NCBI GenBank assembly: GCA_037379345.1
Contig: CM074514.1
Location: 1,922,001 to 1,986,000, forward strand
Length of the DNA stretch: 64,000 nucleotides
Direction: 5' to 3'
Origin: Perna viridis
Taxonomy: Eukaryota
The position numbers were made by a program, and so were the translations under genes. This document shows positions 1 to 12,600 of this stretch, one piece after another. The notes beneath the pieces were generated by a model. The model did no database searches. It saw only the letters and a list, made by a program, of their open reading frames with translations, and was not told where the DNA came from. Numbering within the stretch: position 1 is the stretch's first letter; each line of letters starts with the position of its first letter.

Positions 1-655
1 TACAGCTGAGGGCTACATGTAAACTTTTGGAAGTTTTTTAAGTACTATATCAGCTATGATTGAAATAAGTTATTGATGTGTATCTAAATGTAATCCTGTT
101 GTACATAAATGTGAATTTATTTACTTTCTAACTTGACAACTGATTACTGTTTTGTTCATGACTGGAATATTATTATGGACTGACATTTGAATGAATATAC
201 ATATAATACTTGTACCTGTATATAGGAATGTATTATGATTGATTAGGCCTTATTTACCTTTATAGTATTTGAAAGTATAACAGAATAAAAGTTGATAAAG
301 AAGCTGACAAGTGGTTTGGATCACAGGAACTTTGTCCTTTTATTTGGACAGTTGTCACATTAGTTCTCCTACATGTAACCATTCATAAGTGTGTTGGATA
401 TTTTCTTTAATATTTGTGTGTTAAATTTATCACCCACCTACATGTACATGATTGGTCCATTTGTTGATTGAACTCAGTAAGTTTTGTACTTGAACAAATA
501 TTCATTTTTGAATTTTCTTCATTTTTGACTAAGTAGATGAAAATGTGTTATTTTAGATATGTTTAACAAATATAAGTTAACAAAAAAAAAGTTTGTTTAA
601 GATATGCAGGCAAAACTTTGTAATTGAAAACTTTTATATTTCATTTTTATTGCAG

Positions 656-3600
656 ATCATGTTCATTTTGAGTATCCAGAGATAGAAAAGCCACCAGACA
701 TTATGGATCCAACTATTCCTCCATCGGATTACCCACATTATAATGACAGTCAAGTTAATGGGCATTATAAAGGTGGCAGCCAGGTATATCCGGCTGCAGA
801 TTATAGGTAAGTCTATATAGGCAACATCCCTGCTTCTTGCCCATCATATTACATTGATTACAATGATCACATTGATGGCCAATACCGGTATATAGGTGCC
901 CTGAGCAATTTAAAGTCAATAAGCCATCTTTCTGCATCTTTTTATATGTGTTCCAAAAATTTTGGCCAGATTAAACTGGGAATTCTTCAATTGAATGACT
1001 GCAGATTAATCTTGATCATTGGTCATAATGTGTGTATATTTTGTGCATAATGCATTAACTTTTTATGTATCAAAAATCTCCCTTCATTTTTTATGGGTGA
1101 TTCAATTACCTAAGACACAACTTTTTAATTTTATTTTAGTTAAATTTTATGAAATTTCATATGAAAGTGGTGCTTTAAGTAGAGGTTTTAAAGAAAATAA
1201 TGAGTAGCTTCTATATCATGCCTAAAGCTGACAATCAAACTTTATTTCTGTACAGTCCATGATTAATACTAGATAATCAATTTCAGCCTTTAATCCATGC
1301 TTTGTTTCTCATTTGGCCAATTACCATAATTTCATTTCCTCTTTAGGGAATGTCAGTTGTTGTCTGTTTCTGGATCCTTTAGAGACATAATAGCTCAATA
1401 ATATTCATACAATAAGGCATGGTTACATTATATTTTAATTATTCCTATGATAGTGTCTGCTAATTGCTTTTGAACCCAACGGAAATGTTTACTATTGACA
1501 GCATGGAGATGGGATACAACCATATTCCTAATGTTCCCAGTTCTAGCCAACCAAATACACTTGTAGTCCGAAATAGGAAAAAGTCCTTGAAGATTGAGGA
1601 TATCTTTGATCAGTTGGATGATTTAGATGGTGAGGATGAGTTTTATCTCCAAAGAGCTAAGACAAAGAAAAGAGATAGGTCAATCAAAACACTCAGGGAG
1701 AGGAAAATGGAGCAAGATGCATCACAGAAAGATTCTTCAGTTAGAAACCACAAAAGTTTGGGAGAGAGATATGCTGAAATGAAAGACAGTGATGGTGTGA
1801 CTGTTAGAAACTTAGCTTCTTTAATGAGGTAATTATAATGTGATGTTATAAACTGAATTGCATGAGTAAAAATGATGCTATACCAGTTGCTTATTGCACG
1901 TAGATAAAGAATTTCAAACGGGTCAGGGACAGTCCCTCAAATCCTATTGAAAATACCTAAAGAAATGGGAAAAAAAATGTTTTGAAATGGCATTAATATA
2001 AACTCAGCTTATTTTGTAGAGGAGGATCACTGTTAACTTCGCCATGCCTGCTGTATATAAAATTTTCACCCACCTTATTTTAATTTTTAGATAAAGGTAT
2101 ACTAGTTAACACAATAAGATTAATGATACCAGAGAAAACTGAAAACGGCCCAAATGAGAAAATGTTCCCGACCTGTTGAATTTAGATGCTGTGAAGAATG
2201 TTAAATTGATTTAGAGTTTTTTTTTGTTGTTGGTGTGTAATATTTCTTTATCTATACTTATAAATTATTTTTATCCAATGCTAAATTTTGTGCACATTTA
2301 CATCTCTAGAGTATATATGGCCCATCTACATTCAAAATCCCTGGGCATCATTCTTACTGTATACACGCAATCTTTCAATATAATTACTTGGCTTGTCTTT
2401 TTAGTGTACACACCCCCATTATATATGATTACCTACCTAGTGAAACAAGTTTTTATGTAGTGCACATGCTCCCAAAATAACACTATCTAACTAGTGTAAC
2501 AGGTGTTTTTAGCACACACAATCTTCTAGTGTTACATATGGGTTTTGTAATGTCCACAATCCCCCAATAACATTACCTATTAGTGTAACAGTTGTTTTAA
2601 CTGCACAATCCCCCAATAACATTACCTAGCAAGTGTAACTGGTGTATTTTTAGTGTACACAATCCCCCAATAACATTACCTGTTATTGTAACAGGTGTTT
2701 TAACTGCACACAATCCCCCAATAACATTACCTGTTAGTGTAACAGGTGTTTTAACTGCACACCATCCCCCAATAACATTACCTGTTAGTGTAACAGGTGT
2801 TTTAACTGCACACAATCCCCCAATAACTTGCCTGTTAGTGTAACAGGTGTTTTAACTGCAACAATCCCCCGTAACATTACCTGGCTAGTGTAACAGGTGT
2901 TTGTTTCAATGCATACTCATTGAAAATACTGACAAAACATCACAGAAATTGACTTTGGTCCTACCATAACCATAACCAGTGTCATGTTAGAGGAGTATTT
3001 GCCTTTAAGACAAAATTGTAATGACTGAGAAGAATAAAGCAAACAAAAATTGCATACATATAAATTACAGGTTTTAATAAAATATGAGACTGACAAAAGG
3101 GTTTGCAATAATGTGTTGGTTGTTGGGAATGGAATTGTTTGACAAGTTGCCATAACCCTGCATGCTCTTAAAAACATGGACAGTTGTTTAATTGGCATGC
3201 TGTTGACAGTCAATTGTTGTGAACTTTTTCCTTGTTCTACTATGATATCATTACGGAATGCACTTAGCATGATTTACTTCTATCATACAAACATATTTCA
3301 GTTTTCATTTACATCACAGCATGTTATATTGATACCATAGATAAAGAAAATTATATATGGACTGAAGCTGAGGTTGATTTTTTGGGGATGACCAACTGGT
3401 CCACATATTGCAGTTTGACTTGAAGTAACTCAAACTATTTCCTATATTATACTTTTCATATGTATAAAGTTTACTCAGGATCATTGTAGTGAAAAAAATA
3501 AGAAAACCTACACAACTTCTTACATTGTGACGTCACATCCTTAATTTGAAAAGGAGGCGATCCATTTAATTTCCTACCATATGACATTATATGGACTGGC

Positions 3601-6600
3601 AGCTATATCAAATAAAGTAAACAAATAAGTCTTAAAAGTATAATATTGACACTAACTACAGGGCTGTAGAAATTCTCTGTCATTTGTGGCAAATGAAACT
3701 TAGTCCAATGAAAGTTACATTTGTAAGTTTGCATGTTGACTTCGTGTGTGATCAATTTTATTTTCATATCAAATTTTTTCAGAAAATTTCTTAAATTTTA
3801 GAGCACTGTAGACTTTTTCCAGAATTCTTGATTGTTAATACATGTATTCCATCCATGCATTTTAAATGGTATTTTCTCCTTGCTAATTGTATGTGGTTTG
3901 TATCATTGCATGTAGTCATATAGTATAAACCAACTTTATTAACAGGCGGGATCGCATGGGGTGAGTATCTAAGCACTATAATTTGTATATACAATTCTGA
4001 ATTTTCTTCAAATCTATTTTTTACACCACTGCACAAAAATTGCAGTAGTTTAATGTTATGGCAATGTCATTATAGGTGTTCTTGTTGTCAGGGTCAGTAG
4101 ACATTTGGTTTCCAGACAGTAACTTTATTTTGTGATCTTGATGTCATTGTACCACAAGGTTACATACCACAAAAGGAAGGCTGTGATTGATTTCAGGGTT
4201 ATGACCAAAAACATTCATGAATTAACAGCCAAAAAGTGTGAGAATACAAATATTTTTTTCTGATTTCCACATAATAACTTGAGTACAAGTGTATGGATCC
4301 CTTGATATTGTGTCTCAAAGTTTAAGACGGCTTGATTTTGGGGCTCTTACCTGACCTGTTAAGGTATAAAGGTATACTTGTTTTATATGTAGCTTGTAAA
4401 TGCAACTCCTTCTAAACCATTCAACAGATTTTGATGAAACCTCATAGAAATTTTAGGTATCAAATTAATATTTGCATGAAGAAAGATAATGTTGCTGGAT
4501 TCTTGTAAAGGAAGACTACTAATTTCTTTGTAAGAGGCTCCAGTAATAATTGGTAATTTTGCTATCAGAGTGATACATGCAATCAATAAAATTTTTCATA
4601 TATTCTTTATTATAAAAAGAGGGACTTGTAGCAAGTCTAACTTAGTTTCTACAGTATTGATTTCGTGAAGTTCTGTGAAATTCTGAATCATAAACAGTTT
4701 AGATTTGTTTTATGCTTTCTTGTTGGTCATAAGTGTCTAAAATGAAACTTTGCTTGATTTTGACACAAGCTGAAATGTATGGGTTCCTTGTTTAATCCAC
4801 CCTTCTATTCAAGTTTGGGATTTTAAGTTATATAAAGTAAATGTCTAATTTCATATTTTTTAATTTCTTAGACCACTGTCATTCTGTGACTTACTTATGC
4901 TGTGCAAAACATTTAATCACAGTCGAAATTCAGAGTTGTTCAAGCATAAATGTCATGTGCAGTTTATCAAGCTGTACCCTGTGTTTATTAATTGTTGTTT
5001 TGTCCCAAACTCTCCTTCCTCTCTCTCCATCCTCTCTCTCCCTCCTCTCTCTCTTCCTAGGCTTATGTATTCAGAGCTTGATATTAACCATTACATTGGA
5101 AACCATTTTCTGGGTTATATATCTGTGATTTTTATAGAATTACTCTTATTAGCAATCATATAAAACTGCAAATAAGTTTGGCAGTGTATTATAAATGTTG
5201 TAGTTAAAATTAACCAATCTATTACCAAAGCAGTTTATTAACTTGACGTTAGAGCTAGAATTTAAATATTCCTTTTTACATGTAGAAAGTTTTCAATTTG
5301 CTTTTAATGGATGTTCTACACAGTATTTACTTTTTTGTTTATCATAATTTATATTTTTCTAACAGTATTTTAATTTGAACTGATTTATTACACCAGAACA
5401 CAATTTCTGTGAACCAAAATACTTCTGAATTGTATTTTTCATCATATTGTAAAAACATACATGTATGTATGATGGTTTAGGTTGATCCATTGTATATTTC
5501 CCCAGAAAACTACAATGATTTTAATTAAGAGTCTACAAGCTAGTTATTCACATTCTTTGCAATTATTGCCTATTTTTAAGCAGAATGTTTTGCACATATA
5601 AAAAATTTTCCTTTTTTTTATACAGGGAAGGATTTTTTTTATTGTATAGAGTTAGTAAAAAATAAACTTCCTGCTACTTAAAACTTGTTTCACATTACTT
5701 AAAACATGTACTCACCAGCCCAGTAGTCATTCTGTTGGATTTAAAACAATTGTTTATCATATTTTGCAGTATCATTAAATAAAAAAAAACCTTTAAAACA
5801 CTGAGCCATGTATTATGGTGGATGGTGGAACTTTTTATTTTCGTTTGTTTGGTTATAAGTATTTCTTGTAGACTGGATCTGTATATAGTTCTCATGCTGC
5901 TAAAGGGAAGTAACTCTCACAGCATACCATATCTTACATTGTTCATATAAGATTGATATATTTGTATTTTATCATTAAAAAAGCTTTTGTTGAAATACTT
6001 TTCAGGGATTCTACTCTGAGGCGAATGAACAAACTAAGACATGCAAAATCATCTCAGGTAATTTCTAGATCAACTCAAATACATCTGGGGTAATTACTAG
6101 ATCAAATCAAAAACATTTCAGGTAATTTCTAGTTCACTCAAATTTATCACAGGTAAATACTGTTTAAGTGTAATTACAACATTCTTTCCATTTCATTCCA
6201 TTTCAATCGAAGTCACACAAAACTAAAAATAAGGATTTTCAAAATCCTAATGGAAATTAACATTGATAAAGGGAGATAACTATAAAAAAATTGTCAATTT
6301 TTAGTTTTCAGCAAATTCCATAATGTAGTTTTTGAGTTATGCCAATTTAAACATTTTGCCCCTTTTTTTCACCATTATGTAGCTGGGTATCACTTTATAT
6401 TCTATTTTTGTGCTACTTTTTGTTCTGTTTTTGTCAATTGCATGTATTGAATGGTACTTTGATGTAGCTGTATATTACTTATTGACTTTCTCACATATGC
6501 TGCCCATGATATGTTACACATTTGAAGTATATAGTTGGTATACTGTGAAAGTACTGTTGTTTGTGGAGTACCAATTTTGTGGTTTTCATGGGTAGGCTAG

Positions 6601-9600
6601 GACACAAAATTTGGTTCCCAACAAACAGGAAATTTCTATTAATGTGTCTACTTAAAACCTTAAAACCACAAATTCAAGAACTTGTGTTTCTTACCTTATC
6701 CATGGAAATTGGTATTCTTGAATGCAGTACTTAAATCTTGGGATGATTTAAATTGCAGAAAATGCTTAATTTTCTAGCACTTCAATCATTTAGAAATTTA
6801 ATATAAAAAGATATTGTATTGTTAATATCTGCAAACTCTTTATTAATAATTTTTACTTGGTTAAAATAATCTTATAACCACAAAAAGTAGAATATTTACT
6901 TCATCATTTGCATCAAAAATTTAAATCTTGAACTTTATTATCTTGACAAAAGGACGCATGGTTTACTATTTGCATTCTATGTGAAACTTGTTTTTAGTTG
7001 TAGATGATCTTCTAGTCAATGCTCAAATTTCTACATTTCATTTATCAGATAAGGCATGATTATGATTTTTTATCACATTTTATTGTTATTTCAGCCATTT
7101 GTACTGAGTTATCTCCCCTTTCCAATATTAATTTTCATGTGAAAATGCTTTTTTTAGGTTTCTGCATGCAGACTTTTTCTGTGTTTATTTTGGTTTTAAT
7201 GGTATAGAATAACTTTAAAATCTTTTTTAATAAGAATAAAATTCTGCTAGATTGGACTATATGTTTTTTTATTATTTGGGTTTAACACCCGAGCAACAAT
7301 ATTTCAGCTATATTCAAGCGAGTTTGCAATTTGTAGTACTCAAATAATTTTCAGTGGGCAAAAAATAACATAACTCCAAACAAAGGATTATTTATTTGCA
7401 GACCTGATACTAAGCATGATATATATTAGTAGAGTTTGCAATTTGTATCAGGTCTACAATGTAGGTCTGCATAAGCAAATAATTAATCCTCTGTTTGGAG
7501 TTATGTTATTTTTTTACTCTTTGAAAGAATTCATAGTTATAAATTTCAACATTGCAACATTTTATTGTAGACCTGGAAATCCATAAAGAGATCATACAAT
7601 GACTTTGCTGTCAGTTTATCTCTCTGGTACAGTACCTTTAAGAAAATAGAAGGTAAAACATAACAACAGAGGACCTTTAGTTTAATGATTTATTTTTTAG
7701 TGAGTTTGATGGACTAATCATTTGAACACTAATTCCATAAACTATGCATGTCATATAAGATTCATTCTAAGTAAATGGTAAATTCCTTTAAATTTGATGA
7801 TATTGTAGTTGTAGTTTCCTATCATTTCTTATTTTTGTCAGTCATTAAGATAATGTATTGTGTTTGTTATAAAATGTATATCTGACGAGCTCACCATTTA
7901 CATCTTTGAAAAAATATTTTCTTACCTAAAGGTTGTATACATTTCAGGTGAATATGGTACAGCTATAATGACATACTTTAAGTTTCTCAAATGGCTGTTA
8001 AAGTTAAACTTCTACACAATGATAATAACGTTCTGTGTGATAACTATCCCATACCTAGCCCTTGGACCATCGACTTATACAGATACTGTCCAACACCTTA
8101 ATGATAGTGCAACCTCTATAAGCTGTACGGAGGAGTATATAGAGTATATGAACAATTTTACTTCTAAGGAAAGCATTGATGAAAAAGTGATAGATTTCCT
8201 CCAAGGAACTGTAAGTAACTGTATAGTTTCTCTTTATATTACTTCCAAGGAAAGTCTTGATGATAGATTTCCTCCAAAGAACACAAAGATGATTTGTACA
8301 AAATACACATAACTAAAAAAATACAAGTCACAAAAATTTGTAACAAGGAGTACATCCTGGTAATGACTTGAACATCATGCGAATTATTTGATGTTTACAG
8401 GGTTGGATGGAAAGGACAGTATTATTCTATGGTGTTTACTATAACAAGACATACTACAATGTTATAGAGAAACAAGAAACGACCTATAATATGGCTTTGG
8501 CCTATCTACTGGCTGTAGGATCCAGCTTCTTCGTATGTTGTGTATTACTTGTTAAAAAGTAGGTACTAGGTAATCAATTTGTTAATTCAATATTATCCTT
8601 GTTCCATTTTTACATCTTCCTGATGAGAGACAGGTCATATATCTTTGTACCTTAATCAAAAGATTATAAGAGGTTTGGTTTTGGTATGCTATTGTACTGA
8701 TACTTGAACATTTTTTTAAATCAGCATTCAAAATATAACCAACAGTCTTCAGTATGAAATCTACATTTAAAATATACCCAACAATTCTTCAGTATGAAAT
8801 CTACATTTATTTAACTAGTATACCAACCATCCAATGTACTATGCATTTGATATTTTAAACAATTTGACAACAAGCAGAAATCTCTTTCCAAAGTAGAAAT
8901 AACATCCGAAATTGAATTTCATACACTCTCAAGGCTATGGCATACAAAAATGGTATACAGCTTACATCACACGTTTTATAGCCTTTAATGCCAGTTCTAA
9001 ATCTAACAATGATCATTCCTTCTTTCCAGTTCAGCAAAAAGTGCTAAAGTCAGCTTAGGTTTAGAGTCTTCTGTAGCCAGTTACTCTAATAAAGTGTTTG
9101 CAGGCTGGGATTTCTGTATCAAAAATCAAAAAGCAGCTAAAGTTAAATATGCTGGTATCAAGTTTGAAATTACAGTAAGTTGGATAAAAATATTGTTTTA
9201 AGGAGAAAAGGTCAAATGTTAGTGATAGTACTTTGACCTGTCTTAGTCTAAGGCTAAAGAAAATCATATAAATAGAAATGCATTTTCGTTATCATTATAC
9301 CCCCATAAACAAAATGTTGGGATAAATAGAATTCACCCTGTCTGTCTGTCTGTCTGTCTGACCTCCTGGATTTCGATGAGATTTAACAGGTAAGTTAGGC
9401 ATCATATGTAGATGTGCAATAAAAGGAAATAAGTTAATGTTATTACACGATCTCATTTTCTGAAACAACTCAGTGGATTTAATGAATATGGAAACATGTA
9501 TGAACAAAGCTACGGAGATAATCCAACTTAAGGTTTTTACATGATTCAAGTCAACTCACAGATGAAGTATTCTCTTAATGAGCTTACAGTAATTTCAGTG

Positions 9601-12600
9601 AAATGTATTATTACACTTTTTAGAATATCCAACAGTAATAATAAATGAATTACTGTTTCCTTCATAAGTTTTGTCTTTGTTCGCTCACTTGGACTCAATG
9701 TTATTGCCTTCAGTTTGGGTTTGTCTTTTGTTATCTGTCATCATGAACTTTTTTCTAAATTTTCTTCTTCATAACTTCTGATTAGATTGTTACCAAAATC
9801 TAAACTACTTTTAGATCTTTTTCACAAAATGCTTAACTTGACTTTTTCCCATTTTACTGTATTTGTTTTTTGTTTTTTTCTAAAATCTGTAAAGTCATGT
9901 CTTTGCTTTGTATTTGAATTAAAAGTTATTTTCCTGCAGCCAAATGTTTATAGGGTTTGTAGGTGAATTAATAAGGCTCTCTTTGTGTATTTGTTAACTT
10001 CTTGTTCCAGGCAGATTTAAGAGAAGAAAAGCGGCAGCTAGCCTGGGAAAATAAGGATTTCTCAGACAAATGTAAAGTTTATTTTATCCGTGTTATAATT
10101 AACATTTTGGTGATAATATTACTTGGAGGATCTTTGGCATTAATAGCTTATACAGCTCAAACCATGATAGAGGTAAGTTACCTTCATTTGAGTTATAAAA
10201 GTGGTAAATTTGAGAGAAAATAAAATAAATAGTCATGTGATCATTTTGTATTAAGGCTTACTGCTAAAGTACTTTAATTCGTGGATACCAATTTTCGGAG
10301 ATCAGGGAAAAAAGTTGGTGGATTCTTGAATTCATGGTTTTCATTAAACACATCAATGAAATACTCCATTTCTTATGGTACCAAATTTTGTGATTTGACC
10401 TACTCACAAAAACCACAAAAAAATGGTATCCCATAAACAACAGTACTTTCACATTATATGCCCATTTGATGAAAAACTGAAATGTTTTCCTATTATTCTT
10501 CAAGGAAATATCCAATTGTTGAATTATTTCTAATAAAGCTTAGTATAATCTTTATATGTCTATATATTTGTTTTTCTATCTGCTCAGATATATTTATAGT
10601 GCCTTTAAACTGTTCAGGAGTTATAGCCCCTGTTACTTTAAACTGTTCAGGATTTATAGCCCATGTCACTTTAAACTGTTTGGGAGATATAGCCCCTGTT
10701 ACTTTAAACTGTTCAGGAGTTATAGCCCCTGTTACTTTAAACTGTTCAGGAGTTATAGCCCCTTTTACTTTAAACTGTTCAGGAGTTATAGCCCATGTCA
10801 CTTTAAACTGGGAGATATAGCCTCTGTTACTTTAAACTGTTCAGGAGTTATAGCCCCTGTTACTTTAAACTGTTTAGGAGTTATAGCTCTTGTCACTTTA
10901 AGAATAAGAATCAACTTTCTTTGCTTTTGTATTACAGTTACAGAAGAATGATTATGAAGAGATACTGATCTTGATAATTCAGTATGTGCCATACCTTACA
11001 ATAACTATACTCAATCTCTTCATGCCTATCTTTTTCCAAAAACTGGTCCAGTTTGAGATGTATAAGTATGAAACAGAACTTAAACTGACACTTGCTAGGT
11101 AAGTTTATATCTGTCTAATATCATTCAAGTACAGATGATCTTCCTATTTCTTGCATAGTCAAGGACTATGCAAGAAAATGGATAAAACGAGAACAAGAAG
11201 ACATTGATTCTCTGTCAGAGTGGTTAAAGGCCGTAAGGTCTTTAATTTTGAAACGAATGAAAGTTTTAAGTAGGTCAATGAGTGCCAAGGCTACATCAGT
11301 TTTCAAAAACCCAGATGTAGCAAAAACATTGTCTACTATACATGACAAATATGTTGTCGTACCAGCAGACAAAGCCTAAAACATCATTGTTTTTGTCTGC
11401 AAAACGTTTTACATCCAATGTTTATTATCAGAGGTAGACGTAGAAAATAATAGCAGTGATAAGACCTATACTGCTACCACTCTCTCCAAAGAAGAGATTG
11501 TGGAAAACCATAAATCTGTGTTATCCTTTTTTGGTCTTTTTGTGATTTACTGTCTATGTACTGGATTCCTAAACTCCACAAGAATCCATACAAACAACGT
11601 TTCATAGCTTGATCTGCAAAATGTACCACCAAACGTCTTTCAAAACCTTTAACTTCTATACTCACAACTGTCAAAGAGGGTCTACAGTCCTACCACAACA
11701 CTTGTTACTCCCGTAGTGGTATTAATTCAATGTGGATCCTGAAAAATTCGAAAGATCTTTTGGAGACAATCAGTTCAAGACTATTATCTGAATATAAAAG
11801 CATTAAAACCTATGATTTTTCAACACTGTATACTTCTATTCCCCATACTCACTTAAAATCCCGACTTAGAAACATTATACATCTTTGTTTTTCCAAAAAC
11901 GATGGTACACCTAGATACAAATATATAGTTCTTGGTAGAGATTCCTCATACTTTGTAAGAAATAATTCCAAATCATCTTCCAAATATACAGGGGAAGATG
12001 TTTTCCAAATGCTGGAATTTTTAATCGACTACATATTTGTCCAGTGTGGTGGAAGTGTTTTTCAACAAATGGTCGGCATTCCAATGGGAACAAACTGTGC
12101 TCCTCTACTTGCTGACCTATTCCTTCACTCTTATGAGGCTGACTTTATAGCTGATCTGATCAGAAAGAAAGAATATCGCTTGGCTAGATCCTTCAATCTC
12201 AGTTTCCACTATTTAGATGACATATTATCTTTAAACAATCCTAATTTCGGGGATTTGATACATCGCATCTACCCAAAAGAACTTGAGATAAAGGATACTA
12301 CAGACACTGTGAAGTCAGCCTCATATTTTGACCTACACTTAGAAATCGATGGTAAAGGAAAACTATTGACCAAACTTTACGACAAACGTGATGACTTTTC
12401 ATTCAGAATTGTCAACTTTCCTTTAATCTGTGGCTACATCCCTCCGGCACCTGCGTATGAAGTGTTCATATCACAACTCATACGTTATGCCAGAGCTTGC
12501 CGAAACTACACAGATTTTTTGTATCGCGCTAGAACTCTAACAAATAGGCTTCTGGAACAGGGTTATGTTGCTACAAGATTGAAGTCATCACTACAGAAGT

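Noticed and set aside
10482-10992. Overlapping repetitive ORFs on both strands (VTLNCSGVIAP / ITPEQFKVTGA)
   Set aside because: By-product of a stop-poor 33-bp minisatellite inside an intron. The same applies to ORFs at 2597-2815, 16313-16543, 37839-38481 and 48212-48598.
11610-11612. In-frame TGA in the PLE RT as selenocysteine (reported for some Naiad elements)
   Set aside because: It falls in RFIA*SAKC, where Gly (GGA) is expected. The copy also has a TAA at 11377 and a deletion, and I see no clear SECIS. It is most simply a nonsense mutation.
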